64,000 nt of DNA from Gemmatimonadota bacterium (GCA_009844885.1 VYAQ01000316.1:21168-85167), one strand, 5' to 3'. Positions 9,787-22,570 are shown, counted from the first letter of the stretch. Translations and numbers: made by a program. Notes: generated from the sequence alone by a model not told the origin.

Positions 9787-10314
9787 ATGTCATTGCACCT
9801 CGCAACTGTGCTTCAGGATACGACGGTCGTCACGCTCGCCAGGGACGGGATCGGCCTGGTTTCGGCGTGGATGACCGTCGGGATCGGCGTGGCGTTCGTG
9901 GCCATCCTGATCGTTCTCCTCCTCGTTCTTTCCGAATTGCGGCTTCTTTCCCGCACCTGGACCACGTTCCTGAACACGACCACCGAGCGGGCCGTCCCCC
10001 TGGTAGAGCACGCCAACAGCGCTGCGCGGAACCTGGACCGGATCACCGAGGTCGTACGCTCCGAGGTAGACCGTTTCGATGGCGCGGTCGGCGAGGTCGC
10101 TGATGACCTCGGCCGGGCCTCGGCCGAGGTGAAGCGTCGTGTGGCAGACCTTTCGGCCCTGCTCGACCTTGCCCAGTCCGAGGCCGAGGATGCGGTGCTG
10201 GACGCAGCTGCCGCCGTCAGAATGCTGCGGCAGGGTACCGCGCTGCTGCGAGGCCGGGGCACGCCGGCGGACGATGGCGCCGAAGCACCTCCCGCTGGCG
10301 GCGACGACGCCTGA
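9787..10314 (+). CDS. Hypothetical membrane protein, DUF948-like (N-terminal TM helix plus coiled-coil)
   Basis: A TM segment (MTVGIGVAFVAILIVLLLVLSEL) is followed by a helical region rich in A/E/R/L/D. There is no clear SD. The true start may be the internal ATG at 9871, directly before the TM helix. Confidence 0.55.
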   Translation: MSLHLATVLQDTTVVTLARDGIGLVSAWMTVGIGVAFVAILIVLLLVLSELRLLSRTWTTFLNTTTERAVPLVEHANSAARNLDRITEVVRSEVDRFDGAVGEVADDLGRASAEVKRRVADLSALLDLAQSEAEDAVLDAAAAVRMLRQGTALLRGRGTPADDGAEAPPAGGDDA

Positions 10315-10385
10315 CCCGGCAGTCCGCGGACAGATCCGCCCGAGCACGGAGAGCGGCGAGGCGGCAGGCCGGCAAGGCGCTGGAG

Positions 10386-12679
<2,294 letters not shown>

Positions 12680-12683
<4 letters not shown>

Positions 12684-13957
12684 GGGCCGTCGCGCCGTGG
12701 CGGGTCCCCTCCACGATCGCTGTGACCGTGCGTCTCCGGCGCTCGCGGAAGGCGTGCCTGAAACGTCACACCTCGCTCGCCGCGGTCCACCAGCTCGAGC
12801 TTTCCACGGTGAACGCCTTCGACGATTCGTCGTGTCAGGGTCAGTCCGACGCCCCAGCCACCGGACTTGGTGGTCACGCCCGGGTCGAACAGCCGGTCGC
12901 GGATCTCGAAGGGCACTCCCGGGCCCGTGTCCCTGATCTGGAGTACGACCCACCTCTCCTCGGCGGGCCGGGCGGAAAGGGTGATCGAGCCCCCTGTGCC
13001 CGCCATCGCGTCGAGCGCGTTCTTTACGACGTTCTCCAGGGCCCACGCCAGGAGCACCTCGTGCCCGAGAATGTCGGGCAGGTCGTCGGGGACCTGGACG
13101 TGCAGCGCCACGCCGGGCCCCAGGCGAGGCAGCCGCGCCTCCATGTAGGTGCGCAGCTCGGCAATCACATCGCGGAGCGAAACACGTCTCAGCTCCGGAT
13201 CCCTCCCGATGAGTTCGAAGCGCCGGCTCACGCGCTCCAGGCGTACGAGGTCCTCGCCGATGGCCGCGGCGATTTCGAGTTGGCGCATGTCACCGGGACG
13301 CTCGGTCGGGGACAGTCCCAGCACCTCCACCCATCCCTGCAGTGAACTGATCGGCGTGCCCAGCTGGTGGGCGAGCTCGCGAGCCATCGCCGTCCACGCC
13401 TGTTCGGCGGCAGCGCGACGCTGGTACCGGAAGACGGTGACCGCCAGCAGCACGGTCAGCAGCAGGCCCGACGCCCACAGGAAGGGCATCCACTGGAGCC
13501 GCGTGGCCTCGGGCGTGATGCCGTAGTGGACCAGCTGGCTCGTCGGGTCGCCCACCGGGGGGTTGCGGGCATCGAGTTCGTCGGCATAGCGGAGTATGCG
13601 TTCCACCTCGTCGGCCGTGGGGGGATCCGCGACCTCGAACGGCAGGTTGGCCGAGGTGTTGTACTGGCGGCCCGGCTCGGATGTGACGACGAAGGGAACC
13701 CCGAGTGCCACGAGTTCGCGTTGAAGGTTGGTGAGGGCCGTCAGTTCGGCACCCGTCTCCTGGCTCGTCAATCCCCGCTGCACCTGGGCGTAGATTCGTG
13801 TAAAGGTCTCCGCGTCGGCCTGGCGGGAGCGCACGATCTCCGCGGTGTACACCAGGTACCAGACCAGCAGGGCAACGAAGAGCACGGCCAGGGCGATGGG
13901 CCAGGTTCGGGCCCTGGCTCCGGCGGTTCCCTTGGTAAGACCTCTTCGCCTGATCAT
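12680..13957 (-). CDS. Sensor histidine kinase (2 TM, periplasmic loop, HisKA plus HATPase_c), no cognate regulator adjacent
   Basis: H-box ARELAHQLGTPISSLQGWVEVL, N-box LENVVKNALDA, G-boxes DTGPGV and GGWGVGLTLTRRIV. TM helices WPIALAVLFVALLVWYLVY and FLWASGLLLTVLLAVTVF. Confidence 0.85.
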
Positions 13958-13996
13958 CCGATCTCTGTCCCTGTGGGCGTCGCCGGCCGTTCGGTA

Positions 13997-15280
13997 CTAC
14001 TCCCCAGGTCGGATCTCCCTGAATCCGACGACCGGAGCAAGAACCTCCGGAAGCCGGATCGAACCGTCCGGCTGTTGATACGTCTCGAGGAGTGCGACCA
14101 TCAGCCTCGGCAGCGCCAGTGCCGAACCGTTGAGCGTGTGCACGAATTCCGTTCCCGCGCCCTGTGCCCGCCGAAACCTGATGTTCGCGCGGCGCGCCTG
14201 GAAGTCGCTGAATGTGGAGCAGCTCGAGACCTCCAGCCACTGGCCGACCCCCGGAGCCCAGACCTCCAGATCGTAGGTGAGGGAAGCCGAAAACCCGAGA
14301 TCTCCGGAAGCGAGCAGGACGACCCTGTAAGACAGGCCCAGGAGTTCCAGCACCCTGGCCGCTTCTCCGGTGAGCTCTTCGAGCGCAGCCGGTCCCGCCT
14401 GAGGCGTCTCGAAGCGAACGAGCTCGACCTTGTCGAACTGGTGGACCCTGAGCATCCCCCTCGTGTCCTTTCCTGCCGCTCCCGCCTCCCTGCGGAAGCA
14501 GGGCGAATACGCCACGTACTTGCGAGGCAGCGCATCGCCACGGAGGATCTCGCCGCGGTGCAGGTTGGTGACCGGAACCTCCGCCGTGGGGATCAGCCAT
14601 AGACCGTCCGGCCGTGTCACATACGACTCCTCGGCGAACTTCGGAAGCTGGCCCGTCCCGGTCATGGCGTCCTGCTTGACCAGATAGGGGACCCGCAGTT
14701 CACGGTATCCGTGCTCGACCGCGTGCAGTTCGATCATCCAGTCGATCAGGCGCCGTTGCAACGCGGCCCCGCGGCCCTGGAGGACGTAAAACCCGGATCC
14801 CGAAACCCTGCCGCCCGCGGCAAGATCCAGGATGCCCAGCGAGGAGCCCAACTCCCAGTGCGGCCTCGCAGCGAAGGGGAGGCGCGCCGGCTGGCCCCAG
14901 TTCCGCACAATCCGGTTGCACTCCACGCCGCCTTCGGGCACTCTGACGTCCGGGAGATTCGGAAGGACCGCCAGCGCGCCGGCGATCCAGTCATCGGCCT
15001 CGGCCACTACCGCATCCAACTCGCCGATGCGCGCGCCGACCTCGCGCATTCGCGCAATCTCGTCCGACGCATCGCCGCCCTCGCGCTTCGCCTCGCCGAT
15101 GCGCTTCGAGACCCTGTTTCGCAGGGACTTGAGCTCGTTGACCTCTCCCAGAGCCTCACGCCTCCCCCGGTCGCGTTCGAGGAGCGCGGCAACCGATTCG
15201 GACGCGCTCGCCAAACCCCGGCGCGCGAGGGCGGCGGTCGCACCGTCCGGGTCGCGGCGCAGTCGCCTGATGTCCAGCAT
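13997..15280 (-). CDS. serS: Serine--tRNA ligase
   Basis: MLDIRRLRRDPDGATAALARRG, an N-terminal coiled-coil arm, and class-II core motifs (FRREAGAAGKDTRGMLRVHQFDKVE; TLNGSALALPR). Confidence 0.95.
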   Translation of the reverse strand: MLDIRRLRRDPDGATAALARRGLASASESVAALLERDRGRREALGEVNELKSLRNRVSKRIGEAKREGGDASDEIARMREVGARIGELDAVVAEADDWIAGALAVLPNLPDVRVPEGGVECNRIVRNWGQPARLPFAARPHWELGSSLGILDLAAGGRVSGSGFYVLQGRGAALQRRLIDWMIELHAVEHGYRELRVPYLVKQDAMTGTGQLPKFAEESYVTRPDGLWLIPTAEVPVTNLHRGEILRGDALPRKYVAYSPCFRREAGAAGKDTRGMLRVHQFDKVELVRFETPQAGPAALEELTGEAARVLELLGLSYRVVLLASGDLGFSASLTYDLEVWAPGVGQWLEVSSCSTFSDFQARRANIRFRRAQGAGTEFVHTLNGSALALPRLMVALLETYQQPDGSIRLPEVLAPVVGFREIRPGE

Positions 15281-15324
15281 CGCAGTCGCTATTCGTCGCC
15301 GTGGAGCCCGCCAGCGGGTCCCGA

Positions 15325-15882
15325 CTAGTCGGGGGGAATCAGGTCGCGGCTGTTGCAGATGCGGCTCATGTCGAACTGAAACCGCACCGTCCCGGCGGCG
15401 ACGTCGGTACTAAGCGGCTCGATCTTGCCATAGTAGTTGCAGATCGTGCCGAAGGTGCCCCGGTGCCGCCTGGTGCGGATCACGTAAATCCGCCCGGCGA
15501 CGATCGGTACGGGAGCATCCGATACGTAGCGGGCGGTGTCCTCCGGAGCCTCGATCGCCGAAGCGAAGGTCTCTCCCTCCATTACCGCCAGCGCCGCTTC
15601 GGACGGGATCCCCAACGCGGCCGCCGGCAGCCACACCAACGCCCCGTCGCGCCTGTCCACCGCGATGTCCCAATCATCTCCGGTCGTGGGCGCCTCGATC
15701 CGCACGGCGCGCCGCAGATGGAAGTCGAACCCGGAGACAAGGTTGGGCTCCGGGAGGGACAGTGCGTAGAGGCGCACGGTGTCCGGATCTTCCACCCAGC
15801 GGATCAGAAACGGGTTGTCGTCGCAGGCCACGAGAACACCGGCGGCACCAAGCACCACGAGGCCGAGATTGCGCATCTTCAT
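15325..15882 (-). CDS. Hypothetical lipoprotein
   Basis: Signal peptide with lipobox MKMRNLGLVVLGAAGVLVAC-DDN. I do not recognise a family. Confidence 0.55.
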   Translation of the reverse strand: MKMRNLGLVVLGAAGVLVACDDNPFLIRWVEDPDTVRLYALSLPEPNLVSGFDFHLRRAVRIEAPTTGDDWDIAVDRRDGALVWLPAAALGIPSEAALAVMEGETFASAIEAPEDTARYVSDAPVPIVAGRIYVIRTRRHRGTFGTICNYYGKIEPLSTDVAAGTVRFQFDMSRICNSRDLIPPD

Positions 15883-16041
15883 GCGTGAATTCTACCCGGC
15901 GCGGTTCCGGAGTCAACTCCGATGCGCGCGCCCGTTCGTTGACTTCGTACAGTGCCGCAACTAGGTTCGGCGACCTTGGGCGAGTCCTTGACACGGCTCC
16001 CGGATGCGGGAGATTCCCGGCCCCGTTGCCTTAAGGATCAC

Positions 16042-17127
16042 GTGACCTCGAACACCTCCGTCTGGGTAACCGTCCTGGCCGGCGGTGCCGGCACACGGTT
16101 CTGGCCCCTCAGCACCTCGCTGCGCCCCAAGCAGCTCTTGAGCCTCGCAGGGGGGCGGCCTCTCATCGCGGACACCCTCGAGCGCGTGCGCGGGCTGGTG
16201 CCACGAGGCAACATCCGGGTGTTGACCGGCACGCACCTCGCGGAGCCGATCCGCCGCGCCACAGGCCTCGGCGATGAGGCCATCCTGGTCGAGAGCCGCG
16301 CACGGGGAACGGCACCCGCGCTGGCCAGGGCGGCCTGGGAGATTGCCCAATCCGATCCCGATGGCGTCATGATCTCCCTTCATTCCGACCACCTGGTCTC
16401 GCCGGCCGCCCGCTTCCGGGAGATTCTCGCGGCCGCCGCCGACATCGCGCGGCGGAAAGATCTCCTGATCACCGTGGCGGTCCCCCCGGACCGTCCCGAA
16501 ACCGGCTATGGCTACATCAGGCCCGGCGAGGCGTTGAGCACGCCCGGGGGGCACGCCGCCTACCGGGTCGCCGCCTTTGTCGAAAAGCCCGGTCCCGAGG
16601 ACGCGGCCCGATACGTCGCGGACGGCTATCGCTGGAACTCGGGCATCTTCGTCTGGAGGGCTGCGTTCTTCCTCGCCGAGCTCGGGACCCACGCGCCCGG
16701 GATCGCCCGTGCACTGCCCGCGCTAGAGCACGGGGACATCGCCACGTTCTTCGATCTAGCGGAAGCCATCAGCGTGGACGAGGCGCTACTGGAGCGCAGC
16801 ACGAGGGTCGCCGCCATCGACGCCACCTTCGATTGGGACGACATCGGCGGCTGGGAGGCGGTCGCCCGGCTGAATCCGCCGGACGCCGACGGCAATGTCC
16901 GCGTGGGTGAAGCGCACGTCGCGGGGAGCAAAGGCAACATCGCGTTCGCGGAGTCGGGCCGCGTGGTGCTGTTCGGCGCACGGGACATGCTCGTGGTGCG
17001 GACCGAAGACATCACGCTGGTAATGCCCAGGTCGGAACTGGTCCGCCTGAAGAGACATCTGACAGACCTGCCGGAACGATTCACGCGCACGACCGACGAC
17101 GGGGGTGCCGGACCCGATTCACCGTAA
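16042..17127 (+). CDS. manC: Mannose-1-phosphate guanylyltransferase
   Basis: GTG 16042 is preceded by AAGGA (16033..16037): VTSNTSVWVTVLAGGAGTRFWPLSTSLRPKQLL, the nucleotidyltransferase GxGxRxxPLS motif. Length ~361 aa. The track ORF starts 90 nt earlier. Confidence 0.85.
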   Translation: MTSNTSVWVTVLAGGAGTRFWPLSTSLRPKQLLSLAGGRPLIADTLERVRGLVPRGNIRVLTGTHLAEPIRRATGLGDEAILVESRARGTAPALARAAWEIAQSDPDGVMISLHSDHLVSPAARFREILAAAADIARRKDLLITVAVPPDRPETGYGYIRPGEALSTPGGHAAYRVAAFVEKPGPEDAARYVADGYRWNSGIFVWRAAFFLAELGTHAPGIARALPALEHGDIATFFDLAEAISVDEALLERSTRVAAIDATFDWDDIGGWEAVARLNPPDADGNVRVGEAHVAGSKGNIAFAESGRVVLFGARDMLVVRTEDITLVMPRSELVRLKRHLTDLPERFTRTTDDGGAGPDSP

Positions 17128-18335
17128 TGCCTCGCCGCCTCTTCCTCTACGACGACGCCATCGCACGCGAATGGCAGCCGTTTGCCGCGACCCGCCCGAT
17201 CGGCGAGCTCCTGTTCGGCACCGCGACGCTGCGCGCACGCGCGGAGGCCCGGCTGGGGCTTGTCTGCGAAGCCCACGTCGCCGCCGAGCCGCTGCTCCAC
17301 TTCGAGGAGCCGGGCGCGCCGCCGTGTGTCATCGCCGGGGCCGAAGAGGCGCGCGGTGACCGCGTCTACCTGTCGAGCCGGTTCGTTCCCGACGAGCACG
17401 TCGCCCTGGACTTCGAGGAACCGACCGTCCTGCTCGGCGACACGGGCCCCGTCGGCGCGTGGCTGCCCGACGGCGAGTCCTTCCCCACCACGGCTCTGGC
17501 CGGCCGCTGGCCCCGTTGGCCCCGATACCGGGTCGGTGGCGCGCTGCTCGGCTCGGCGTGGGAGCTGATGGCGTCCAACCCCGGGCGCATCAAGGCCGAC
17601 GCTCACCGTTTCCCGGATCAGGGAGTCCCGTCGGGCGTGCACCGGCTCGGTGCCGGGCACGTCGCGGTGTCCCCCGAGTCGCAAGTCGAGCCCGGCGTGA
17701 TTCTGGACACGACCGACGGGCCGGTGATCGTGGACGCCGGGGCCCGCGTGCAGGCGCCCTGCAGAATCGTCGGGCCCGCATACCTGGGGATTGGTGCGAT
17801 CCTGCTGGGAGGGGTCGTGGCGCATTCGGGCATAGGGCCGGCGTGCAGGATCCATGGGGAGGTTCGGACCACCGTCATGCTCGGTTTTTCCAACAAGGCG
17901 CACGAGGGGTACCTGGGCCATGCGATCGTGGGGAAGTGGGTGAACCTGGGCGCGATGACCACAAACTCCGATCTCAAGCACACCTACCGTTCCGTGAGAT
18001 CCAGGGTCGGAAGACGAACGATCGACACCGGACTGACAAAGGCCGGGTGTCTGGTGGGAGACCACGTTCGTACCGGGATCGGAACGCTCATCAATACCGG
18101 TACGGTCATCGGAGCGGGTACCAGCGTGTACGGAGGAGAGCTCGTGTCCGGATGGGTACCGCCGTTTTCGTGGGGTGCCGCTGGCGCATGGGCGGAGTAC
18201 GACATCGAACGGTTCATCGCCACGGCGGCGACGGTCATGGCACGCAGACGAGTCGAAATGACCGCACGCATGCGCAGGCACTGCCGCACGGTGTTCGCGG
18301 CGACCGCCCCCTCCCGATCGAAGATGGAGCGCTGA
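17127..18335 (+). CDS. Putative sugar nucleotidyl/acyl-transferase with left-handed beta-helix (hexapeptide repeats)
   Basis: The C-terminal half shows hexapeptide-repeat periodicity (IGPACRIHGEVRTTVMLGFSNKAHEGYLGHAIVGKWVNLGAMTTNSDLK...VGDHVRTGIGTLINTGTVIGAGTSV). The start overlaps the manC stop (TAATG). Confidence 0.7.
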   Translation: MPRRLFLYDDAIAREWQPFAATRPIGELLFGTATLRARAEARLGLVCEAHVAAEPLLHFEEPGAPPCVIAGAEEARGDRVYLSSRFVPDEHVALDFEEPTVLLGDTGPVGAWLPDGESFPTTALAGRWPRWPRYRVGGALLGSAWELMASNPGRIKADAHRFPDQGVPSGVHRLGAGHVAVSPESQVEPGVILDTTDGPVIVDAGARVQAPCRIVGPAYLGIGAILLGGVVAHSGIGPACRIHGEVRTTVMLGFSNKAHEGYLGHAIVGKWVNLGAMTTNSDLKHTYRSVRSRVGRRTIDTGLTKAGCLVGDHVRTGIGTLINTGTVIGAGTSVYGGELVSGWVPPFSWGAAGAWAEYDIERFIATAATVMARRRVEMTARMRRHCRTVFAATAPSRSKMER

Positions 18336-18339
18336 CAGC

Positions 18340-19161
18340 GTGCAGTTCTCGGTTCTGGGAAGCGGGAGCCGAGGCAACTCGGTGCTCGTAAGCGCCGGCG
18401 AGGTACACGTTCTTGTCGATGCGGGCTTCAGCGGACGTGAGCTCACCAACCGGCTTGCACTGGTCGGCGTCGAACCCGCCGCCATCTCGGCCATTGTGTT
18501 GACGCACGAACACGGTGATCACACCCGGGGCGCCGGAGTCTTCGCGCGCGCCCACGGCACCCCGCTGCTCATGACGGAGGGGACGCGCCTCGCGTGCCGG
18601 AAGCTGTTTCGCGGTAACGAAGCGATCCAGAGCTATCGCGCCGGGTATCCGGTCGACATCGAGCGGTTGAGAATCGACCCCTTCATCACGGTCCACGATG
18701 CTGCCGACCCCGTGGCGGTCGCCGTGACCGACTCGGGGACCGGACTTCGGCTCGGCATCGCTACCGACCTGGGCAAGCCCACCGTGCAAATTCGCCATGC
18801 CCTCCGCGGGTGCGACGCCCTGATCGTGGAATCCAACCATGATGAGGGAATGCTGTGGTCCGCCGGATACCCGCCCGCGGTCAAGGCAAGAATCGCATCC
18901 AGCCACGGTCACCTCTCCAACCGTGCAGCCGCCGATTTCCTGGCGGAGACGTTCCATCCCCACCTGTCCGTGGTTGTCCTCGCCCACCTGTCCGAGGAAT
19001 CGAACACGCCGCGGCTGGCAAGAGCGGCCGCGGCGCGCGTGTTGGCACAAAGAGGCTTCAGGGGTTTGGTCGAAGTCGCGCTGCCGGACCGGCCGACTTC
19101 GGTGTTCGATCTGGCGAAGCTGCGGGAACAGGCCGGGCCGCCCCAGTTGTCGCTCTTCTAA
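18340..19161 (+). CDS. MBL-fold metallo-hydrolase
   Basis: MQFSVLGSGSRGNSVLV...IVLTHEHGDHTRG contains the HxHxDH motif. GTG start 4 nt after the preceding stop. Confidence 0.85.
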   Translation: MQFSVLGSGSRGNSVLVSAGEVHVLVDAGFSGRELTNRLALVGVEPAAISAIVLTHEHGDHTRGAGVFARAHGTPLLMTEGTRLACRKLFRGNEAIQSYRAGYPVDIERLRIDPFITVHDAADPVAVAVTDSGTGLRLGIATDLGKPTVQIRHALRGCDALIVESNHDEGMLWSAGYPPAVKARIASSHGHLSNRAAADFLAETFHPHLSVVVLAHLSEESNTPRLARAAAARVLAQRGFRGLVEVALPDRPTSVFDLAKLREQAGPPQLSLF

Positions 19162-19164
19162 CGT

Positions 19165-20511
19165 CTAGAGCCCGAAGAAGCGGAGCAGGTCGTTCCCCAG
19201 GGCCCAGACCATGATCCCGACGATCACATAGAAGCCGATTTGCCCCCAGCGCACCCGCTGCTTGACCCCCAGCTTCTCCCCGCGCACGAACTCGATGCCG
19301 AGAAAGACCATGTGCCCGCCATCGAGCGGCGGGATGGGCAACATGTTGAGGATCGCGAGATTGATGCTGAAGAACGCCATGAAGCCCAGAAAGGTGCTGA
19401 GTCCGCCAGCAGCGGCCGCTCCGGAAAACACCCAAATCGTACCGATGGAGCCCACCGACCTCGGCGACTCGTTGAGCGTCACCAGGTTACGCAGAAAGCG
19501 GAGGATCGCCGCAGTGACCTCCGTGGTCCGCGCCGCGCCGAACGAGACGGCCTCGCCGAATCCGAGCGACACGGTGCGCAGTGGCGGCGGCTCTTGCAGA
19601 ATCCCCAGCATGCCGCGGCGCTCCCCGGCGCGTTCGCCTTCGACATCATCGAGCACCACCATCCGGGTCAGATTCGCGTCACCGCGCAGGAGCCCGATCT
19701 CCACGCGCTCCCCCGGACGCGCGCCGAGTTCCCGGGTCATCTCCGCCCAACTGCCGACCGGCACGCCCGCCACATTGGTCACTCTGTCACCCTGTTCGAT
19801 CGCGGCGCCCGCCGCCGGCGTTCCCGGCTGGACACTCCCCACCACCGGATCGCTCCAGTACTGCAGCGACCCGGCGAGTGCCCGACGGTCATCCTCGTCC
19901 GCCGGCACGATCAGGTCGAAGACGCCCTGCGGGGATTCGGTGACCACGGTGAGCGGTCCCGGCGCACTCTCCTCGAACGCCCGCTGAATCTCATTCCACG
20001 AATTGGGGCGGACTGCGCCGATACTGACGATCGAAGCCCCCGGGACGATATCGGCCAACGCCTCGGCCCCGGCCGGCAGGGTGCCCTCGTTCACATCCAT
20101 GACCCGGGTGACGGCTGTTTCCTGGAGCCCCCATGCGGCCGCCACCAGCGTATACAGGAAAAACGCAAAAATCATGTTCATGATCACGCCGGCCGAGATC
20201 ACAACCGCACGCGCCCAGACCGGTTGCGCGTCGAAGTCGCCGCGACCGGGCTTCTTCCCGCCTCTGGCCGCACCTCCCTCCAGGTGCTCCAGGACCTCGT
20301 CCTCCATCCCCTGCATCTTGACGTAGCCACCCAGAGGGATGGCCGAGAGCACGTATTCCGTGTCGCCCCTGTGGAATCCCCACACGCGCGGGCCGAGGCC
20401 GATCGAAAACCGCTGGACCGCAACCCCTACCGACTTGGCGGCCCAGAAATGGCCAAGCTCGTGTACGAAAATCAGCACACCGAGCAAAACCACAACGGCC
20501 AGCAACGTCAT
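19165..20511 (-). CDS. rseP: RIP metalloprotease RseP (site-2 protease)
   Basis: FVHELGHFWAAK (HExxH), a PDZ region and the C-terminal LNMLPIPPLDGG motif. ATGA overlap with the dxr stop. Confidence 0.9.
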   Translation of the reverse strand: MTLLAVVVLLGVLIFVHELGHFWAAKSVGVAVQRFSIGLGPRVWGFHRGDTEYVLSAIPLGGYVKMQGMEDEVLEHLEGGAARGGKKPGRGDFDAQPVWARAVVISAGVIMNMIFAFFLYTLVAAAWGLQETAVTRVMDVNEGTLPAGAEALADIVPGASIVSIGAVRPNSWNEIQRAFEESAPGPLTVVTESPQGVFDLIVPADEDDRRALAGSLQYWSDPVVGSVQPGTPAAGAAIEQGDRVTNVAGVPVGSWAEMTRELGARPGERVEIGLLRGDANLTRMVVLDDVEGERAGERRGMLGILQEPPPLRTVSLGFGEAVSFGAARTTEVTAAILRFLRNLVTLNESPRSVGSIGTIWVFSGAAAAGGLSTFLGFMAFFSINLAILNMLPIPPLDGGHMVFLGIEFVRGEKLGVKQRVRWGQIGFYVIVGIMVWALGNDLLRFFGL

Positions 20512-21665
20512 GCTCGATTCATCCTTTCCACTTCGGCGGCCGCACGTCTGCGCGCGGCCCGGTCCGCCCCGAGTACCTCGTCAAGCGTCGTCGCCGACCG
20601 GCCTGCCAACGCCTCCAGCGCGGCCTCGACGACTTTTGGCATACCGGTGAAAGTAACGATTCCCTTCAAAAAAGCTTCAACAGCCACCTCGTTGGCCGCG
20701 TTGAACACCGCCGGAGCCGCACCGCCGGCACGACCCGCATCCACGCCCAGCCGGAAGAGCGGGAAGCGCGCTTCGTCCACGGGCTCGAAGGCCAGAGGCG
20801 AAGCCGTGCACGGATCGAAGCTGCGGAGCGCCGGATCCGGCAACCGCCGGGGCCAGGTCAGTGCGTGCAGAATCGGGAGTTCCATGGTGGGCTGACCCAT
20901 CTGGGACAGCACGGACCCGTCGACGAACTCGACGAACGAATGGACGATCGAGGTCGGGTGCACTACCACGTCGATGCGATCATAGGGCAGCCCGTAGAGA
21001 AAGTGCGCCTCGATCACCTCGAGCGCCTTGTTCGCGAGCGTTGCCGAATCGATCGTGATCTTGGCGCCCATGTCCCACGTCGGATGCCGCAGCGCCATCG
21101 TCGCGTCCGCCCGTTCCAGGTCATCCGCGGACATCCTGCGGAACGGGCCCCCGCTTGCCGTCAGGATGAGCCGTTGAATCTCTTCCCGGCGGGCCGAGCC
21201 GACGCATTGCAGGATCGCGGAATGCTCGCTGTCCACGGGGACCAGCTCGCCCCCGCCCCGCTCGGCCGCGCGAAGGACGAGGTCGCCCGCCGCCACGAGC
21301 GACTCCTTGTTGGCCAGGGCGCACCGCTTCCCGGCTTCCAGGGCGGCGATGGTGGGACGCAGGCCTGCGGCGCCGACGACGGCGTTCACCACGATGTCGA
21401 CATCCGCGAGCCGGGCAAGCTCCACGATCCGGTCGGCTCCGGTGCGCCATCCACGCGCCGCAAGACCCGGGCGCTCCTCCAGGGCCGCGGGATCGGCCAA
21501 TGCCACGTGCCGTGCTCCGAACTCGGCCGCCAGCGCTTCCAGCGCGGCGACCGATCGCCGTGCGGACAGCGCCACCACGCTGAACCGCCGCGGATGGCGT
21601 CGAATCACGGAAAGCGTGGAGCGACCCACCGAGCCCGTCGCTCCCAGAAGGGCGATGCGCCTCAC
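20508..21665 (-). CDS. dxr: 1-deoxy-D-xylulose 5-phosphate reductoisomerase
   Basis: RRIALLGATGSVGRSTLSVIRRHP...LANKESLV...DSEHSAI...HPTWDMG, the diagnostic Dxr motifs. GTG start. Confidence 0.95.
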   Translation of the reverse strand: MRRIALLGATGSVGRSTLSVIRRHPRRFSVVALSARRSVAALEALAAEFGARHVALADPAALEERPGLAARGWRTGADRIVELARLADVDIVVNAVVGAAGLRPTIAALEAGKRCALANKESLVAAGDLVLRAAERGGGELVPVDSEHSAILQCVGSARREEIQRLILTASGGPFRRMSADDLERADATMALRHPTWDMGAKITIDSATLANKALEVIEAHFLYGLPYDRIDVVVHPTSIVHSFVEFVDGSVLSQMGQPTMELPILHALTWPRRLPDPALRSFDPCTASPLAFEPVDEARFPLFRLGVDAGRAGGAAPAVFNAANEVAVEAFLKGIVTFTGMPKVVEAALEALAGRSATTLDEVLGADRAARRRAAAEVERMNRA

Positions 21666-21672
21666 CGTCCCG

Positions 21673-22545
21673 TCATCCGGTCAACTGCGTCAGCACGAGC
21701 AGGACGTACGCCAGCGGCAGGCTGAAGAAGAGCGCGTCGAATCGGTCGAGCACGCCTCCATGACCGGGCAGCAGCGTCCCCGAATCCTTGACCCCGGCCT
21801 CGCGTTTGAGCAAGGACTCGGCAAGGTCGCCCAATTGGCCACCGACGCCCAGGGCAAGTCCGACGAGTGCCCCGATGGCCGGCGACACGGGAAAACTGGC
21901 GAGATCGCGCATGACGAGTCCGGCAAGGGCACCGACCACGACGGCCGCGGCCAGCCCCGCCACCCCGCCCTCCACCGTCTTCCCGGGGCTGACCCGTGGC
22001 GCCATCCTGGTGCGCCCGAAACGCTTCCCGGCGAAGTACGCCGCCGTGTCGGAGGCCCAGATCACGACCAGCGGGTACAACACCAGCAGCCGTCCCTCCA
22101 GGGGGTCACGGGCACCCGCAGCCATGGAGTCCGGAAGATGGCGCAGCAACACCGCGAAGGCGAGGGTCCCGCCCGTGTAGAGCACCCCCGCAACCGTCGC
22201 CGTCACGGACAACAGGGGCGCATCCGCGGTACCGCGCCGCGACACGGCGACGACCAGTGCCGCGATCACAAGCGCCAGCAGCAGAGCGAGGGCGCGGTCC
22301 GCCCACGCACCGAATGTGGGTTCGTACGCGGCCAGGAGCACGAGCATCGACGCCGCGGGAATGCCGAGCCAGCCGACGGGACGTCCGCCCGCGACCCTGG
22401 CGAGCGCCTGGAACTCCAGGGCGGCCACGCCCGCCAGGACGGCCAGCAACCCTCCGAGATACCAGCCGCCGGCATGGATCGCGAGGAGCGCCACCGGGAC
22501 GCCGACAAGCGCCACCGCGAATCTGGCGCGGAGTTCGGCAGACAT
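21673..22545 (-). CDS. cdsA: Phosphatidate cytidylyltransferase
   Basis: Internal ATG 22545 (MSAELRARFAVALVGVPVALLAIHAGGWY). Multi-TM protein with the CTP-transferase signature SLLKREAGVKDSGTLLPGHGGVLDRFD. The track ORF is over-extended. Confidence 0.85.
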   Translation of the reverse strand: MSAELRARFAVALVGVPVALLAIHAGGWYLGGLLAVLAGVAALEFQALARVAGGRPVGWLGIPAASMLVLLAAYEPTFGAWADRALALLLALVIAALVVAVSRRGTADAPLLSVTATVAGVLYTGGTLAFAVLLRHLPDSMAAGARDPLEGRLLVLYPLVVIWASDTAAYFAGKRFGRTRMAPRVSPGKTVEGGVAGLAAAVVVGALAGLVMRDLASFPVSPAIGALVGLALGVGGQLGDLAESLLKREAGVKDSGTLLPGHGGVLDRFDALFFSLPLAYVLLVLTQLTG

Positions 22546-22570
22546 CACGCGGCCCCGAGCAAGCGGACGG

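Noticed and set aside
16626-18494. 622-aa minus-strand ORF
   Set aside because: It is antisense to manC and the beta-helix transferase gene. Its translation is low-complexity (R/P/G/S-rich), while the plus-strand genes carry clear family motifs and coupled starts.
19240-20895. 551-aa plus-strand ORF
   Set aside because: It is antisense to rseP and dxr, both with diagnostic motifs. A shadow ORF.
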